From contig CAVXRD010000002.1 of NCBI GenBank assembly GCA_963764165.1, positions 2,336,001 to 2,400,000 on the forward strand: a stretch of DNA of 64,000 bases, given 5' to 3'. Of the stretch, positions 17,650 to 27,002 are shown one piece after another. A program made the position numbers and the translations under genes. Every line of letters begins with the position of its first letter. Within the stretch, counting starts at the first letter, position 1. This stretch comes from an uncultured Verrucomicrobiae bacterium. Lineage in GTDB: Bacteria > Verrucomicrobiota > Verrucomicrobiia > Limisphaerales > Palsa-1400. The notes under the pieces are model-generated. The model saw only the letters and a program-made list of their open reading frames with translations. It was not told where the DNA came from and did no database searches.

Positions 17650-18921
17650 ATGCCCGTCTTCCAATACAAAGCATTGCAGGCCGACGGCAAATCCGCCGAG
17701 GGCACGCTCGAGGCGGGTGGCCGGCAGGAGGCGTTTCGCCAGATGGAGGAGAAAGGCCTTCGTCCAATCAGTCTCGCCGAAAGAGCGGCTGGTTCCGCTG
17801 CCGCGAAGAATGGAAGTTCCAGCTCCAGTTCGAGCAATGGAGCCGCAGCCTCGAAAGGCCTGAGTTTCAAAATCGGCGGGAACCGCGTCACTCCGAAAAT
17901 GCTGGAAACGTTTACGCGCCTGCTGGCCAGTTTGCTGGCGGCGGGCGTGCCGTTGAGCCGCGCGCTCGTGATTCTCTGCAAGGAATCTTCCAACCCGGTC
18001 GCGCAATCCAAATGGAAGGCGATTTACGATTCTGTTATTGACGGTGTCTCGCTGGCGGATTCGATGGCGACGATGCCGGAGACATTCCCGCGCGTTTACG
18101 TCGCAATGGTCTCGGCGGGCGAAACGGGCGGGTTCCTCGACCTCGTGCTTTCCCAGATCGCGGATTTCCAGGCGCGTGAGAAAGACCTCAAGTCCAAGGT
18201 AACCGCCGCGATGCTTTACCCGGCGATTTTGCTGCTGTTGTCCATCGGCGTGCTGATCGTGCTGATGACGTTTTTCGTGCCGCGCTTTCAAACGATGTTC
18301 GCGGGCTTCGGCGGGGAGTTGCCTTTGTTGACGCGCATTATTGTTGGAACCAGCCATTGGATTCGTTCCTACGGACTTTTCATCGCCATCGGGCTTGGCA
18401 TCGTGGGATTCATGGTGCGCAATTGGCTTTCCTCCGAACGCGGACGGCGCGCCTGGGAAGGACTCATCCTGAAGGCGCCGGGCATCGGCCCGCTTTTGAG
18501 CCAATTTGCCATGGCCCGCTTTTGCCGGATGCTGGGAACGCTGCTGAACTCCGGCGTGCCGCTGGTGCAGGCGCTCAACGTGGCCCGCCGCTCCATTGGC
18601 AACCAGATTCTTGTTGACGCGGTGTCCAACGCGATTGACCGTGTGAAGGAAGGCGCGCAATTGGGCGCGAGCCTCTCGGATTGCAAAACGCTTTTCCCCA
18701 GTTCCGTGCTGGAAATGATTTCGGTCGGCGAGGAAAGCGGCAAGCTCGACCAGGAATTGGTGCGCATCGCGGCTGTGACCGAAGGCGATTTGGATCGCAA
18801 CTTGAAAACAGCAGTGGCGTTCATGGAGCCGATGATGCTGTTTTTCATCGCCGGATTCATCGGGACCATTTTCATCGGCATGATCTACCCGATTTTTGCC
18901 ATGCAGGATTTTATCAAATAA
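17650..18921 (+). CDS. gspF: Type II secretion system F family protein
   Basis: MPVFQYKA, LAAGVPL, AGETGG, AMLYP, VGEESGKL and MEP motifs. Confidence 0.93.
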   Translation: MPVFQYKALQADGKSAEGTLEAGGRQEAFRQMEEKGLRPISLAERAAGSAAAKNGSSSSSSSNGAAASKGLSFKIGGNRVTPKMLETFTRLLASLLAAGVPLSRALVILCKESSNPVAQSKWKAIYDSVIDGVSLADSMATMPETFPRVYVAMVSAGETGGFLDLVLSQIADFQAREKDLKSKVTAAMLYPAILLLLSIGVLIVLMTFFVPRFQTMFAGFGGELPLLTRIIVGTSHWIRSYGLFIAIGLGIVGFMVRNWLSSERGRRAWEGLILKAPGIGPLLSQFAMARFCRMLGTLLNSGVPLVQALNVARRSIGNQILVDAVSNAIDRVKEGAQLGASLSDCKTLFPSSVLEMISVGEESGKLDQELVRIAAVTEGDLDRNLKTAVAFMEPMMLFFIAGFIGTIFIGMIYPIFAMQDFIK

Positions 18922-18939
18922 ATAAATGAAAGGACTGAT

Positions 18940-19380
18940 ATGAACATTACAACCCGCATCACCAAACGCGCCACTCGAAAGGGCAAAGGCGCATTCACCC
19001 TCGTGGAATTGCTCCTGGTCATGACCATTCTGGCCATTCTCGCCGGCATCGTTTTGCCCAAGATGGCAGGCCGCGGCGAAGAAGCCCGCGTCAAGGCGGC
19101 CATAACTCAAATCTCCAACCTTGGAACAGCGCTGGGCGCTTACGAGGTCGATAACGGCAGCTATCCGCGCGGACAGACGGGATTGTCGGCGTTGATGGTC
19201 AAGCCGCGCGATGCGATGAATTGGCACGGGCCTTACATGGAAAAAGAAATTCCCAATGATCCCTGGGGCAAGCCGTATGTCTATCAATGCCCGGGCCGCC
19301 ACAATCCTTCGGGTTATGATCTTTCCACGACCGGCCCGGATGGCACCGTTTATGGCAATTGGACTGAAAAAGCGAAATAA
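18940..19380 (+). CDS. gspG: Major pseudopilin
   Basis: GA|FTLVELL, YEVDNGSYP, WHGPY, DPWGKPYVY. Confidence 0.92.
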   Translation: MNITTRITKRATRKGKGAFTLVELLLVMTILAILAGIVLPKMAGRGEEARVKAAITQISNLGTALGAYEVDNGSYPRGQTGLSALMVKPRDAMNWHGPYMEKEIPNDPWGKPYVYQCPGRHNPSGYDLSTTGPDGTVYGNWTEKAK

Positions 19381-19915
19381 CGTCCGGCCGCAAGCCGCCT
19401 TTACGTTGATCGAGCTAATTCTAGTCATGACAATCATGATGGTCATCGTCGGAATTGCCGCGCCGTCCTTGAAAGGATTCTTCAAGGGGCGAAACCTCGA
19501 CAATGAGGCGGTGCGTTTCCTGGCCGTGACTCGTTACGGCCAGAGCCGCGCCATCAACGAAGGCATTCCTGTGGAATTGTGGGTCAATGCCAAGGGCGGC
19601 GCCTACGGATTGGAAGCAGTGTCGGGCTACACGGAGACGGAAAAGAAACAGCAGCAGTATAATCTGTCGCCAGGCGTGATGATCGAACTCTCGAAACCTC
19701 CGACGCTCACGGCCACAGCCACGACGCATTCGAATTATTGGATGCAGACTAAGGCGCAAGTCGGCAACACGACGCGCATTCGTTTTCAGCCGGACGGGTT
19801 TATAAGTGACATGAGCCCGCAGAATATTTACCTGCGGCAGGAGGACCGCAGCCAGATAACGATTGCAGAAGCGCCGACGCACATGGGGTACGTTATTAAA
19901 CCTGCGCAGCCATAA
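19352..19915 (+). CDS. Minor pseudopilin (GspH/FimT-like)
   Basis: AA|FTLIELILV prepilin motif and IRFQPDG. Confidence 0.8.
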   Translation: MAIGLKKRNNVRPQAAFTLIELILVMTIMMVIVGIAAPSLKGFFKGRNLDNEAVRFLAVTRYGQSRAINEGIPVELWVNAKGGAYGLEAVSGYTETEKKQQQYNLSPGVMIELSKPPTLTATATTHSNYWMQTKAQVGNTTRIRFQPDGFISDMSPQNIYLRQEDRSQITIAEAPTHMGYVIKPAQP

Positions 19916-19917
19916 CA

Positions 19918-20511
19918 ATGAACCTCGGCTCTAATCTGAATAAGGTAGGGACGCCTCGCCGAGGCGTCCGGGGGCTATCGTCAATCGGGACGCGCAATGC
20001 CTCGCTTGAGCGTTCGGATGCACGCGCGAGGCATTCGGAGAAGTATTCAGCGCCTGCAAATTTTCACGTCGCCGGACGCCTCGGCGAGGCGTCCCTACCT
20101 TCTAAGCGCCGCGCCGCTGGCTTCACGCTGGCCGAAGTGCTGGCGGCGCTATTGCTGATGGCGATCGTCATTCCGGTGGCGCTTGAAGGATTGCGCGTGG
20201 CCAGCCGGGCTGGCGAAATGGCCCAGCGCAAAATGATCGCCACCCGCATTGGCAATATGGAAATGAATCAGTTGAAGGTGATGAACCAATTGCGCGGCGG
20301 CGGCCAGGCTGGCGTGGTGGTGGATCATGGCATTTCCTACCGTTGGTCCCTCAAGAATGAGGGTTGGACAGGCGATTCCCTCAGCCAGCTTTCGCAGGCA
20401 ACCATCATAGTGAGCTTCCCGGTGCAGGGAAGAGACTACGAGGTCCATTTGAGCACGCTGGTTTCGGCCCAAACACAGCAGGCCAACGCCACGAGCTCGG
20501 GAATGTATTGA
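19918..20511 (+). CDS. Minor pseudopilin (GspI-like) with REP-derived extended leader
   Basis: AG|FTLAEVLAAL. ATG lies 2 nt after the previous stop. Confidence 0.8.
   Translation: MNLGSNLNKVGTPRRGVRGLSSIGTRNASLERSDARARHSEKYSAPANFHVAGRLGEASLPSKRRAAGFTLAEVLAALLLMAIVIPVALEGLRVASRAGEMAQRKMIATRIGNMEMNQLKVMNQLRGGGQAGVVVDHGISYRWSLKNEGWTGDSLSQLSQATIIVSFPVQGRDYEVHLSTLVSAQTQQANATSSGMY
19945..20098. repeat. 154-bp REP doublet inside the GspI-like leader coding sequence
   Basis: Same ends, length and spacer family as 17477-17630. Confidence 0.9.
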
Positions 20512-20514
20512 TAC

Positions 20515-21438
20515 ATGAACGCGCGCATTGAACCCAAGACGTTGTCAGGGCGAGGCTCCCGCCGAGCCATGCCTTGCTTGGTCTTTGCGCGCATCTCCGC
20601 CGGAGCGCGGCTGTGTCGAAGACCAGCCGCAGCAGCATTCGAATTGGCTGGCGCGTCTCTCATTTTGGCGTGGCTGCGGCTGGTCTTCGACACAGCCGCG
20701 CTCCGTCATGGCTCGGCGGGAGCCTCGCCCCACCGTGCTCATGGGCATAATCACGTGCGACGCGCCCGCGCATTCACGCTGATTGAATTGCTGCTGGCTA
20801 TTTCCATGATGGCCATCGTTCTGGTGGCGGTGGGCGGAATGCTTTTCACCGCAATGCATCTGAGAAACACCGCCATTAATTCCCTCGAGGCGACCCTGCC
20901 CGTCGAACAGGCCCTGGACATCATGCAGCGCGATCTGGCCAACATCAATTGCAGCACCAACACCAACGGAATTTTCCTCGCTCCATTTCAGAGCATTCCG
21001 ACGAACGCCATACCCAACCAAATCGGCCCGAGTTTTTACACATCCGACGGCGAGTTGGATGGCAACACGCCGTTCGGCTGCATGCAGAAGGTCAACTATC
21101 TGCTGGCGCGATCCACCAACGGCTATCGCGGGCCGGGCCTCGATTTGATCCGCGCCGTGACGCGCAATTTGCTGTCCGTCAACCAGCCGCCGATGCCGGA
21201 CGAGCAGCACGCCATTCTCAGCGGGGTGCAATCGCTGACGTTCCAATATTACGACGGCACCAGCTGGGACCAGGTCTGGGACACCACGCAGCAAACAAAT
21301 TTGCCGCTGGCGATCAAAGTGCAAATCAAAATGGCCGCGGATCCCAACTCAGGCCCGCTTGCCCAGGCGTCGCCTTTGGAATTGGTTGTTCCTATCGACG
21401 TTCTCCTGACCACCAACACGGTCACCGCGATCCAATGA
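20515..21438 (+). CDS. Minor pseudopilin (GspJ-like) with REP-derived extended leader
   Basis: RA|FTLIELLLA, MQRDL, FQYYDGTSW...LPLAIKV. Confidence 0.8.
   Translation: MNARIEPKTLSGRGSRRAMPCLVFARISAGARLCRRPAAAAFELAGASLILAWLRLVFDTAALRHGSAGASPHRAHGHNHVRRARAFTLIELLLAISMMAIVLVAVGGMLFTAMHLRNTAINSLEATLPVEQALDIMQRDLANINCSTNTNGIFLAPFQSIPTNAIPNQIGPSFYTSDGELDGNTPFGCMQKVNYLLARSTNGYRGPGLDLIRAVTRNLLSVNQPPMPDEQHAILSGVQSLTFQYYDGTSWDQVWDTTQQTNLPLAIKVQIKMAADPNSGPLAQASPLELVVPIDVLLTTNTVTAIQ
20548..20730. repeat. Nested REP doublets (outer 20548-20571/20707-20730; inner 20601-20633/20673-20705)
   Basis: Two perfect inverted pairs from different palindrome families. Confidence 0.9.
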
Positions 21439-22862
21439 AAACTTGCGCCAATAACAACCCATCCAATCGCGGCTCAGTGCTCGTGATCGTCATGTGGGTC
21501 GCGCTTGGGCTGGTCGCCGTCACGCTTTATTTCGGAAATTCGATGCTAATGAATTTGAAAGCCGCCGACAATCGCGCGGCCGGAATGGAAGCCGATCAAG
21601 CCATCGAAGGGGCGGCCCTTTACGTGAGCAACGTGCTGGCCAACCGCCTCAACATGATGACTCTTCCCGGCACGAACAATTTCCGCGTCAACGGCGTGAA
21701 ACTCGGCGAGGCGAAATTTTGGATCATCGGCCGCGATACCAATTATACTCAGGCCAGCCTGGCTGCCGACACGCCGACGTGGGGATTGATTGATGAAGCG
21801 GCCAAGGTCAATTTGAACTATTTGACCGGCTCGAACGCCGAAAACCTGCCGGGTGTGAGCCTCAACGTGGGGTCGGCGATGAACGATTGGCACACCACCA
21901 ACACCAACCCGAGCACTTACGGCGCGAAAACAGAAACGTATTCAGGTCTGCAGCCTGCCTACAGTTCTAAGAACGCCCCGTATGAAACGGTGGATGAATT
22001 GCGCATGGTTTACGGAATGAGCCTGGACCTTTTTTATGGCGAGGACGCCAATTGGAACGGCGCGCTGGATCCCAATGAAGACGACGGCCTGAAATTGCCT
22101 CCCGCCGACAATCAAAACGGCACGCTGGATTCCGGCTTGGTCGAGTATTGCACGACCTGGACACATGAGTCCCTCGTTTCCACCAACGGGACAAACCGGG
22201 TCGTGGTGACCAACCTCACCGCCTTGCAGGGGCTCATCAATAGCAATTTTTATGGTTTTCCCATGGGAAAATTTGCCGCCTCCTCGTCGTCTTCCAGCAG
22301 CGGCGGAGCGGGTTCGGGGGGGCGTTCCACCGGGGGATCGACTGGCTCCGCCGCCGCGGCCTCCGCCACCGCGCCGACCAGCGTTCTGGATTTTTATGTG
22401 AACAGCGGCATGACGCCGAGCCAGTTTGAGCAAGTCGAGCCGTTCCTCCTCAATAATCCAACCGGCACCGGGTTGCTGAATATCAACACGGCCTCGCAAG
22501 CGGCATTGGGCTGCATTCCGGGCATCGGCAGCAACACCGCCGCGCAAATTCTGACTTATCGCCAATCCAATCCCACGCTCGCCCCCACGGTATCCTGGCT
22601 GGCGACTGCCATGGGCGGCAACACGCAGGGGATCGAAGCCGCCGGCCCCTACATCACCGCCTACAGCTACCAATTCACCGCCGACATCGTGGCTGTGGGC
22701 CACAACAACCGCGGCTACCGGCGCGTGATGTTCGTTTTTGATTGCACCACGGGAGTCCCGCTGATCATATTCCGGCAGGACTTGACCCATCTCGGCTGGC
22801 CATTAGGCAAAAAGCTGCACGACCAAATGTTAACCGGGCAACTTGCCCTTAATTCCCGATGA
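21435..22862 (+). CDS. gspK: GspK-like pseudopilin with helix-hairpin-helix region
   Basis: RGSVLVIVMW, DEAAKVNLN, ETVDELRMV, LNINTAS...IPGIG. Confidence 0.85.
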   Translation: MKTCANNNPSNRGSVLVIVMWVALGLVAVTLYFGNSMLMNLKAADNRAAGMEADQAIEGAALYVSNVLANRLNMMTLPGTNNFRVNGVKLGEAKFWIIGRDTNYTQASLAADTPTWGLIDEAAKVNLNYLTGSNAENLPGVSLNVGSAMNDWHTTNTNPSTYGAKTETYSGLQPAYSSKNAPYETVDELRMVYGMSLDLFYGEDANWNGALDPNEDDGLKLPPADNQNGTLDSGLVEYCTTWTHESLVSTNGTNRVVVTNLTALQGLINSNFYGFPMGKFAASSSSSSSGGAGSGGRSTGGSTGSAAAASATAPTSVLDFYVNSGMTPSQFEQVEPFLLNNPTGTGLLNINTASQAALGCIPGIGSNTAAQILTYRQSNPTLAPTVSWLATAMGGNTQGIEAAGPYITAYSYQFTADIVAVGHNNRGYRRVMFVFDCTTGVPLIIFRQDLTHLGWPLGKKLHDQMLTGQLALNSR

Positions 22863-24298
22863 TCAACCTGTTCAAACCCAAACGCGGCTCGTCCGTTCTC
22901 GGAATCGCCCTCGACGGCAACCGGCTGGAAGCCGTCGTCCTGCGCCGTTCCAATGGCACGCTGCAAGTCCGCCAGACCGTTTCGGTTCCGCTGGCGCTCT
23001 CGCCGCTGACCGACGATCCGCTGCTGGCCGGACGCGAAATTCGAAATCATCTTGACGCCGCTGGCGTGCGGGAAAAGAACTGCGCCGTCTGCATTCCGGT
23101 AAGCTGGCTGCTGACACTGCAAACGAAGCTGCCGGAGTTGGCGGAGGCGGATCGCGCGGGTTTTTTGCAATTGGAAGCTGAACGCGGATTCCACAGCGGG
23201 CCGGAAAGCCTCTTCACAACGACTTCGATTTTTCAGGCCGGGCCGAACGAGCAATACGCCTCGCTGCTGGCCCTGCCGCGCAACAATCTAGAGACGCTGG
23301 AAAAAGTTCTTCGCGCCGCCAGGTTGAAGCCGGTCACCTTTGGCCTCGGCATCAGCGCGGTGCAGCCGGCGGCGGCTGAGAACAATCGGGTCATCACCAT
23401 TTTAGTCCGCAGCAACGCCATTGATCTGCAAGTCACCGGCGGCGGCGGCATCGTCGCCCTGCGCGCGCTGGACGGCGCGATGGAAACGCAAGGGGCCATG
23501 AAGCGGATTTCCTCGGAATTCACCGCCCGCGAAATCCGCATCACGCTCGGCCAGATGCCCGGAACGCTGGCGGACGGGGGCGGGAAGATTCGCGTCGTCG
23601 GCCAGGGCGAATTGGTGCGGCAGTTCGTCCACGAAATTTCCCCGCGCCTTGAAGCGATGGGGCTGAAATTGGAGACGTCCGAAAAGGCAAGCAACGCCAG
23701 TTTCGACCGGACGCTGCCCGCCGATCTGGCTGCCTCCGGCGCGGTCGCTCTCGCGGCGGCTTGGGTGCGCGGGGCCGATACGATGCCGGAACTTTTGCCG
23801 CCCAAGGTTCAGCCATGGCAGCAATGGATGAGCAAAGGGCTCTCCGCCAAGAAACTGATCTGGGTGGGCGAAGCGGCGGGAGTCGTGGTCGGCTGCGTGG
23901 TGCTCGCGTTTGGCTACCAGCAATATCAGCTCACCAAATTGCGCAACCAATGGGCCCGCATCGCGCCGAAATACAATGAGTTGATGGCCATGCAGCAAAA
24001 CATCCAGGAATTTGCGGACTATTACAAGCAGGCAGGCCGCAACGTCGCCATCTGGGCGAAGCTTGCTTCCACGTTTCCGAAGGACAACTCGGTCTCGCTG
24101 AAGACACTGGAAGTGCGCGATCAAAATAGCGTCACCTGCACGGGCGTCGCGAAGGACAATGACGCCTTCGCCAAGGTCTTCAGCAAATTAAGCGATGATT
24201 CAACCAACATTAGCAACGTGCATCCCGAAACCCGAGGCAATCGACCCATGCAATTCACGCTGACTTTTCAATGGACCGGAGGCGCCAATGGAAACTAA
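22859..24298 (+). CDS. GspL/PilM-PilN-like assembly platform protein
   Basis: Actin-like N-terminus (VLGIALDG), one TM segment, coiled coil, PilN-like C-terminus, operon position. Confidence 0.7.
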   Translation: MINLFKPKRGSSVLGIALDGNRLEAVVLRRSNGTLQVRQTVSVPLALSPLTDDPLLAGREIRNHLDAAGVREKNCAVCIPVSWLLTLQTKLPELAEADRAGFLQLEAERGFHSGPESLFTTTSIFQAGPNEQYASLLALPRNNLETLEKVLRAARLKPVTFGLGISAVQPAAAENNRVITILVRSNAIDLQVTGGGGIVALRALDGAMETQGAMKRISSEFTAREIRITLGQMPGTLADGGGKIRVVGQGELVRQFVHEISPRLEAMGLKLETSEKASNASFDRTLPADLAASGAVALAAAWVRGADTMPELLPPKVQPWQQWMSKGLSAKKLIWVGEAAGVVVGCVVLAFGYQQYQLTKLRNQWARIAPKYNELMAMQQNIQEFADYYKQAGRNVAIWAKLASTFPKDNSVSLKTLEVRDQNSVTCTGVAKDNDAFAKVFSKLSDDSTNISNVHPETRGNRPMQFTLTFQWTGGANGN

Positions 24299-25340
24299 GA
24301 ACCGCGAAAAACTCCTCCTGATCGGGGTCGCCATCTGCGTCGGCATGTATCTTATCGTGACGCTGGTGATTGATCCTTTGGTTGACAGCTGGCACAGCCG
24401 CACGGAGGAAATCGCCAAGCTGAACAAGCAAATTGCCGATGGATTAAGAGTGATCCGTTATCAGGATGAGACACGCGACAAATGGGATTTCATGCGCGGC
24501 AACGCGCTTTCCAAAGACCAGACGGCCGCGGAAGGCCAGATGTTCGGCGAGTTTCACAAGTGGGTGGAATCCGCGGGCGTCGCGCCTGGCTCGTTCCGCC
24601 CGCAAATTCAGGAGTCCGACAGCAACTACACGACGATCGATTGCCGTTCCGATGTCAGCGGCAGCCCGGAGTCCGTGCGCGACTTTCTCCGCAACATGAG
24701 CCGCGACTCGATGTCCGACAAGGTGCAGTCCTTTGAGTTATCCACCAAGGATGACAACGGCCGCCAACTGTCGCTGGGATTGAACACGAGCGGATTGATC
24801 ATAGCCGACAACGATCCCACCCAGGTCCAGCTTCCTCCTTCCGCGACCAATGAGCCGCCGGCCGAGACAAACATGCCTGATCCCTACCGCATCATTGCGC
24901 GCAATAATATATTTGACCAGACACGGATTGACAGGGTGGAAGGCCCGGTTCGCGAACGGCCGCGCGTGGTGAAAGTGGAAACGATCAGCGTCCATGGAAT
25001 TGGCGCGGATACCAATGGCGATGCCAATTTCGAGGGCACGGGCATCGACAGCACCAGGTTTTATCCGAAGGGCGCGAAGGTTGGGGACTTCACGCTGGCC
25101 AAGATTGGATTTGATACCGTGACCCTGGTGGATTCGAGCAGCAACACCTTTGTCCTCCCCGCCGACGGCACCTCCTCGCTCAAGCGTGAAGACGGAGGTC
25201 CGTGGGCCCGCGTCGGCTATATTCCTCCGCCGGAAGCTCAAGTGAGCAATGCCACCGCTTCGTCCGGTGGCTCCGCGCCGCCCTCTTCGGTCAGCGCCGT
25301 GGAAGAAATGTTGAGAAAACGCCGCTTGGAAGCCAAATAA
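24288..25340 (+). CDS. GspM/PilO-like protein with C-terminal GspC/PilP-like extension
   Basis: REKLLLIG N-terminal anchor, coiled coil, RNNIFD and a beta-rich tail. Confidence 0.55.
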   Translation: METKNREKLLLIGVAICVGMYLIVTLVIDPLVDSWHSRTEEIAKLNKQIADGLRVIRYQDETRDKWDFMRGNALSKDQTAAEGQMFGEFHKWVESAGVAPGSFRPQIQESDSNYTTIDCRSDVSGSPESVRDFLRNMSRDSMSDKVQSFELSTKDDNGRQLSLGLNTSGLIIADNDPTQVQLPPSATNEPPAETNMPDPYRIIARNNIFDQTRIDRVEGPVRERPRVVKVETISVHGIGADTNGDANFEGTGIDSTRFYPKGAKVGDFTLAKIGFDTVTLVDSSSNTFVLPADGTSSLKREDGGPWARVGYIPPPEAQVSNATASSGGSAPPSSVSAVEEMLRKRRLEAK

Positions 25341-25374
25341 CACCTAAACCCATTTCATTTAAACTATTCCAAAT

Positions 25375-26973
25375 ATGAAAAAACAACAATTCACCGCGAT
25401 CCTGCTGGGCACGCTGACGAGTGCGTGGCTCGCCAGCGCGCAGGAGGCCGCCAGCACTGCCCCCGCTCCGGCCGACGCCGCGGCCACGAACTCCGCCGCA
25501 ACGAACGCTCCTGCGCCGCCGCCCGCGCCAGCCATTCAAGCCGATGCCGAGGCAAGTTCGACGAACGGCTTGGTGCTCAATTTTCATGATGTTCCCCTGA
25601 CCGCCGTGCTCAACTATTTGAGCGCGAAGGCGGGGCTTATCATCGTGTCCGACGTCAACCTGCAAGGGAAAGTGACCGTCGTTTCCAAGCAGCCTGTCGC
25701 GACCAATGAAATTGTCCAGCTTCTCAACGATCAATTGGGCAAGAACAATTATTCCGCCGTCATGGACGGCCGGACGCTCTCGATCATGGACAACGAGCGC
25801 GCCAAGACCTACGCGCATACACCGGTCCGCGTCGCCAATGGAACCAACAACATCCTCTTCACAGATCAAATTGTGACGGAGATCATTCCACTGCACACGC
25901 TGCAGGCGCCGCAATTGGTCAAAGACTTGTCGGATTTGATTCCGCGCAGCGCGGTTGTGACGGCGAATGAAGCCGGAAATTCCATCATCATGACAGCGCA
26001 GGAAAAGGACGTTCGCCGCGTCGCGGAAATCATCGATTCCCTGGACGGCTCGGCAGTATCGCAAGTGGAAGTTTTCAAATTGGATTACGCGGATTCCAAA
26101 TCAGTGGCCGATGAATTGAAGGAAGTTTTTCAAAGCGACGATTCGCAAATCGCCCGCGCCAACACGCGCAATAGCTTCGTTCGCGGTGCGGGCGGCGGCG
26201 GTCGCGGAGGTGGCGGCGGCGGCTTTGGTGGCATGGGAGGATTCGCGGCCATGATGGGTGGCGGCGGAGGCGGCGGCGGTGAGGAAGGAAGAAACGTTGC
26301 CACGCACGCTGTCTTTGTGGCGGATGATCAAATGAACGCCGTGATCGCGAGCGCTCCGCCGGATTACATGCGCATGATTACAAATGTCATCAAAGTGCTT
26401 GATCAGCCGAGCCAGGAAGTCACCGTGCTCCGCGTTCTCAAGCTGAAGCATGCGGATCCCGGCGAAATTTCCGATGAATTGAACAACATGTTCAATCCCA
26501 CCAGCAGCACCGATCAAAGCACCCGCTCCATGGGGATGCGGTTCATGGGCTTCGGCGGCGGCGGACCCTTTGGCGGCTTCGGCGGCGGCGGCGGCAACAA
26601 TAATAATCAAAGCCAGCGCATGAAACGCCAGATGGCAGTCTCCGTGGTGCCAGATCGCCGCAAGCAAGCTGTCATCGTCAGCGCCTCACGGGAAATGATG
26701 GCGGAGATCGAGGGCGTGGTGAAGGATTTGGACGAGGGCAACGAAGGAGTCCAGCACGTGGCGGCGTTTGACATCGGCACGGCCGATCCCGCCCAAGTGT
26801 TCGAGACCTTGTCCGGCCTCTTCATGAGCACGACGAAACCCAATTCGGCAAATTCCACCACGCTGACCCAGACGCCTCAAACCACCCGCTACACTGGCAA
26901 CGCCAACGCGCAAACCAGCGCGGCGCAAAACGCGCAAACAAGCACCACCAGCATGGGATCCAAAGCTCCTTGA
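25375..26973 (+). CDS. Secretin N-terminal (N0-N3) domain protein, no secretin barrel
   Basis: Signal peptide, LNFHDVPL, repeated secretin_N units (VFKLDYADSKSVA, LKLKHADPGEI). Confidence 0.8.
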   Translation: MKKQQFTAILLGTLTSAWLASAQEAASTAPAPADAAATNSAATNAPAPPPAPAIQADAEASSTNGLVLNFHDVPLTAVLNYLSAKAGLIIVSDVNLQGKVTVVSKQPVATNEIVQLLNDQLGKNNYSAVMDGRTLSIMDNERAKTYAHTPVRVANGTNNILFTDQIVTEIIPLHTLQAPQLVKDLSDLIPRSAVVTANEAGNSIIMTAQEKDVRRVAEIIDSLDGSAVSQVEVFKLDYADSKSVADELKEVFQSDDSQIARANTRNSFVRGAGGGGRGGGGGGFGGMGGFAAMMGGGGGGGGEEGRNVATHAVFVADDQMNAVIASAPPDYMRMITNVIKVLDQPSQEVTVLRVLKLKHADPGEISDELNNMFNPTSSTDQSTRSMGMRFMGFGGGGPFGGFGGGGGNNNNQSQRMKRQMAVSVVPDRRKQAVIVSASREMMAEIEGVVKDLDEGNEGVQHVAAFDIGTADPAQVFETLSGLFMSTTKPNSANSTTLTQTPQTTRYTGNANAQTSAAQNAQTSTTSMGSKAP

Positions 26974-27002
26974 CGGCTTAATCTGTCAACCAAACAAATT
27001 CT

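Noticed and set aside
12416..19503. Long minus-strand ORFs (12416-14302, 16159-17529, 17596-19503)
   Set aside because: Antisense shadows of well-supported plus-strand genes in GC-rich DNA, with no motifs.
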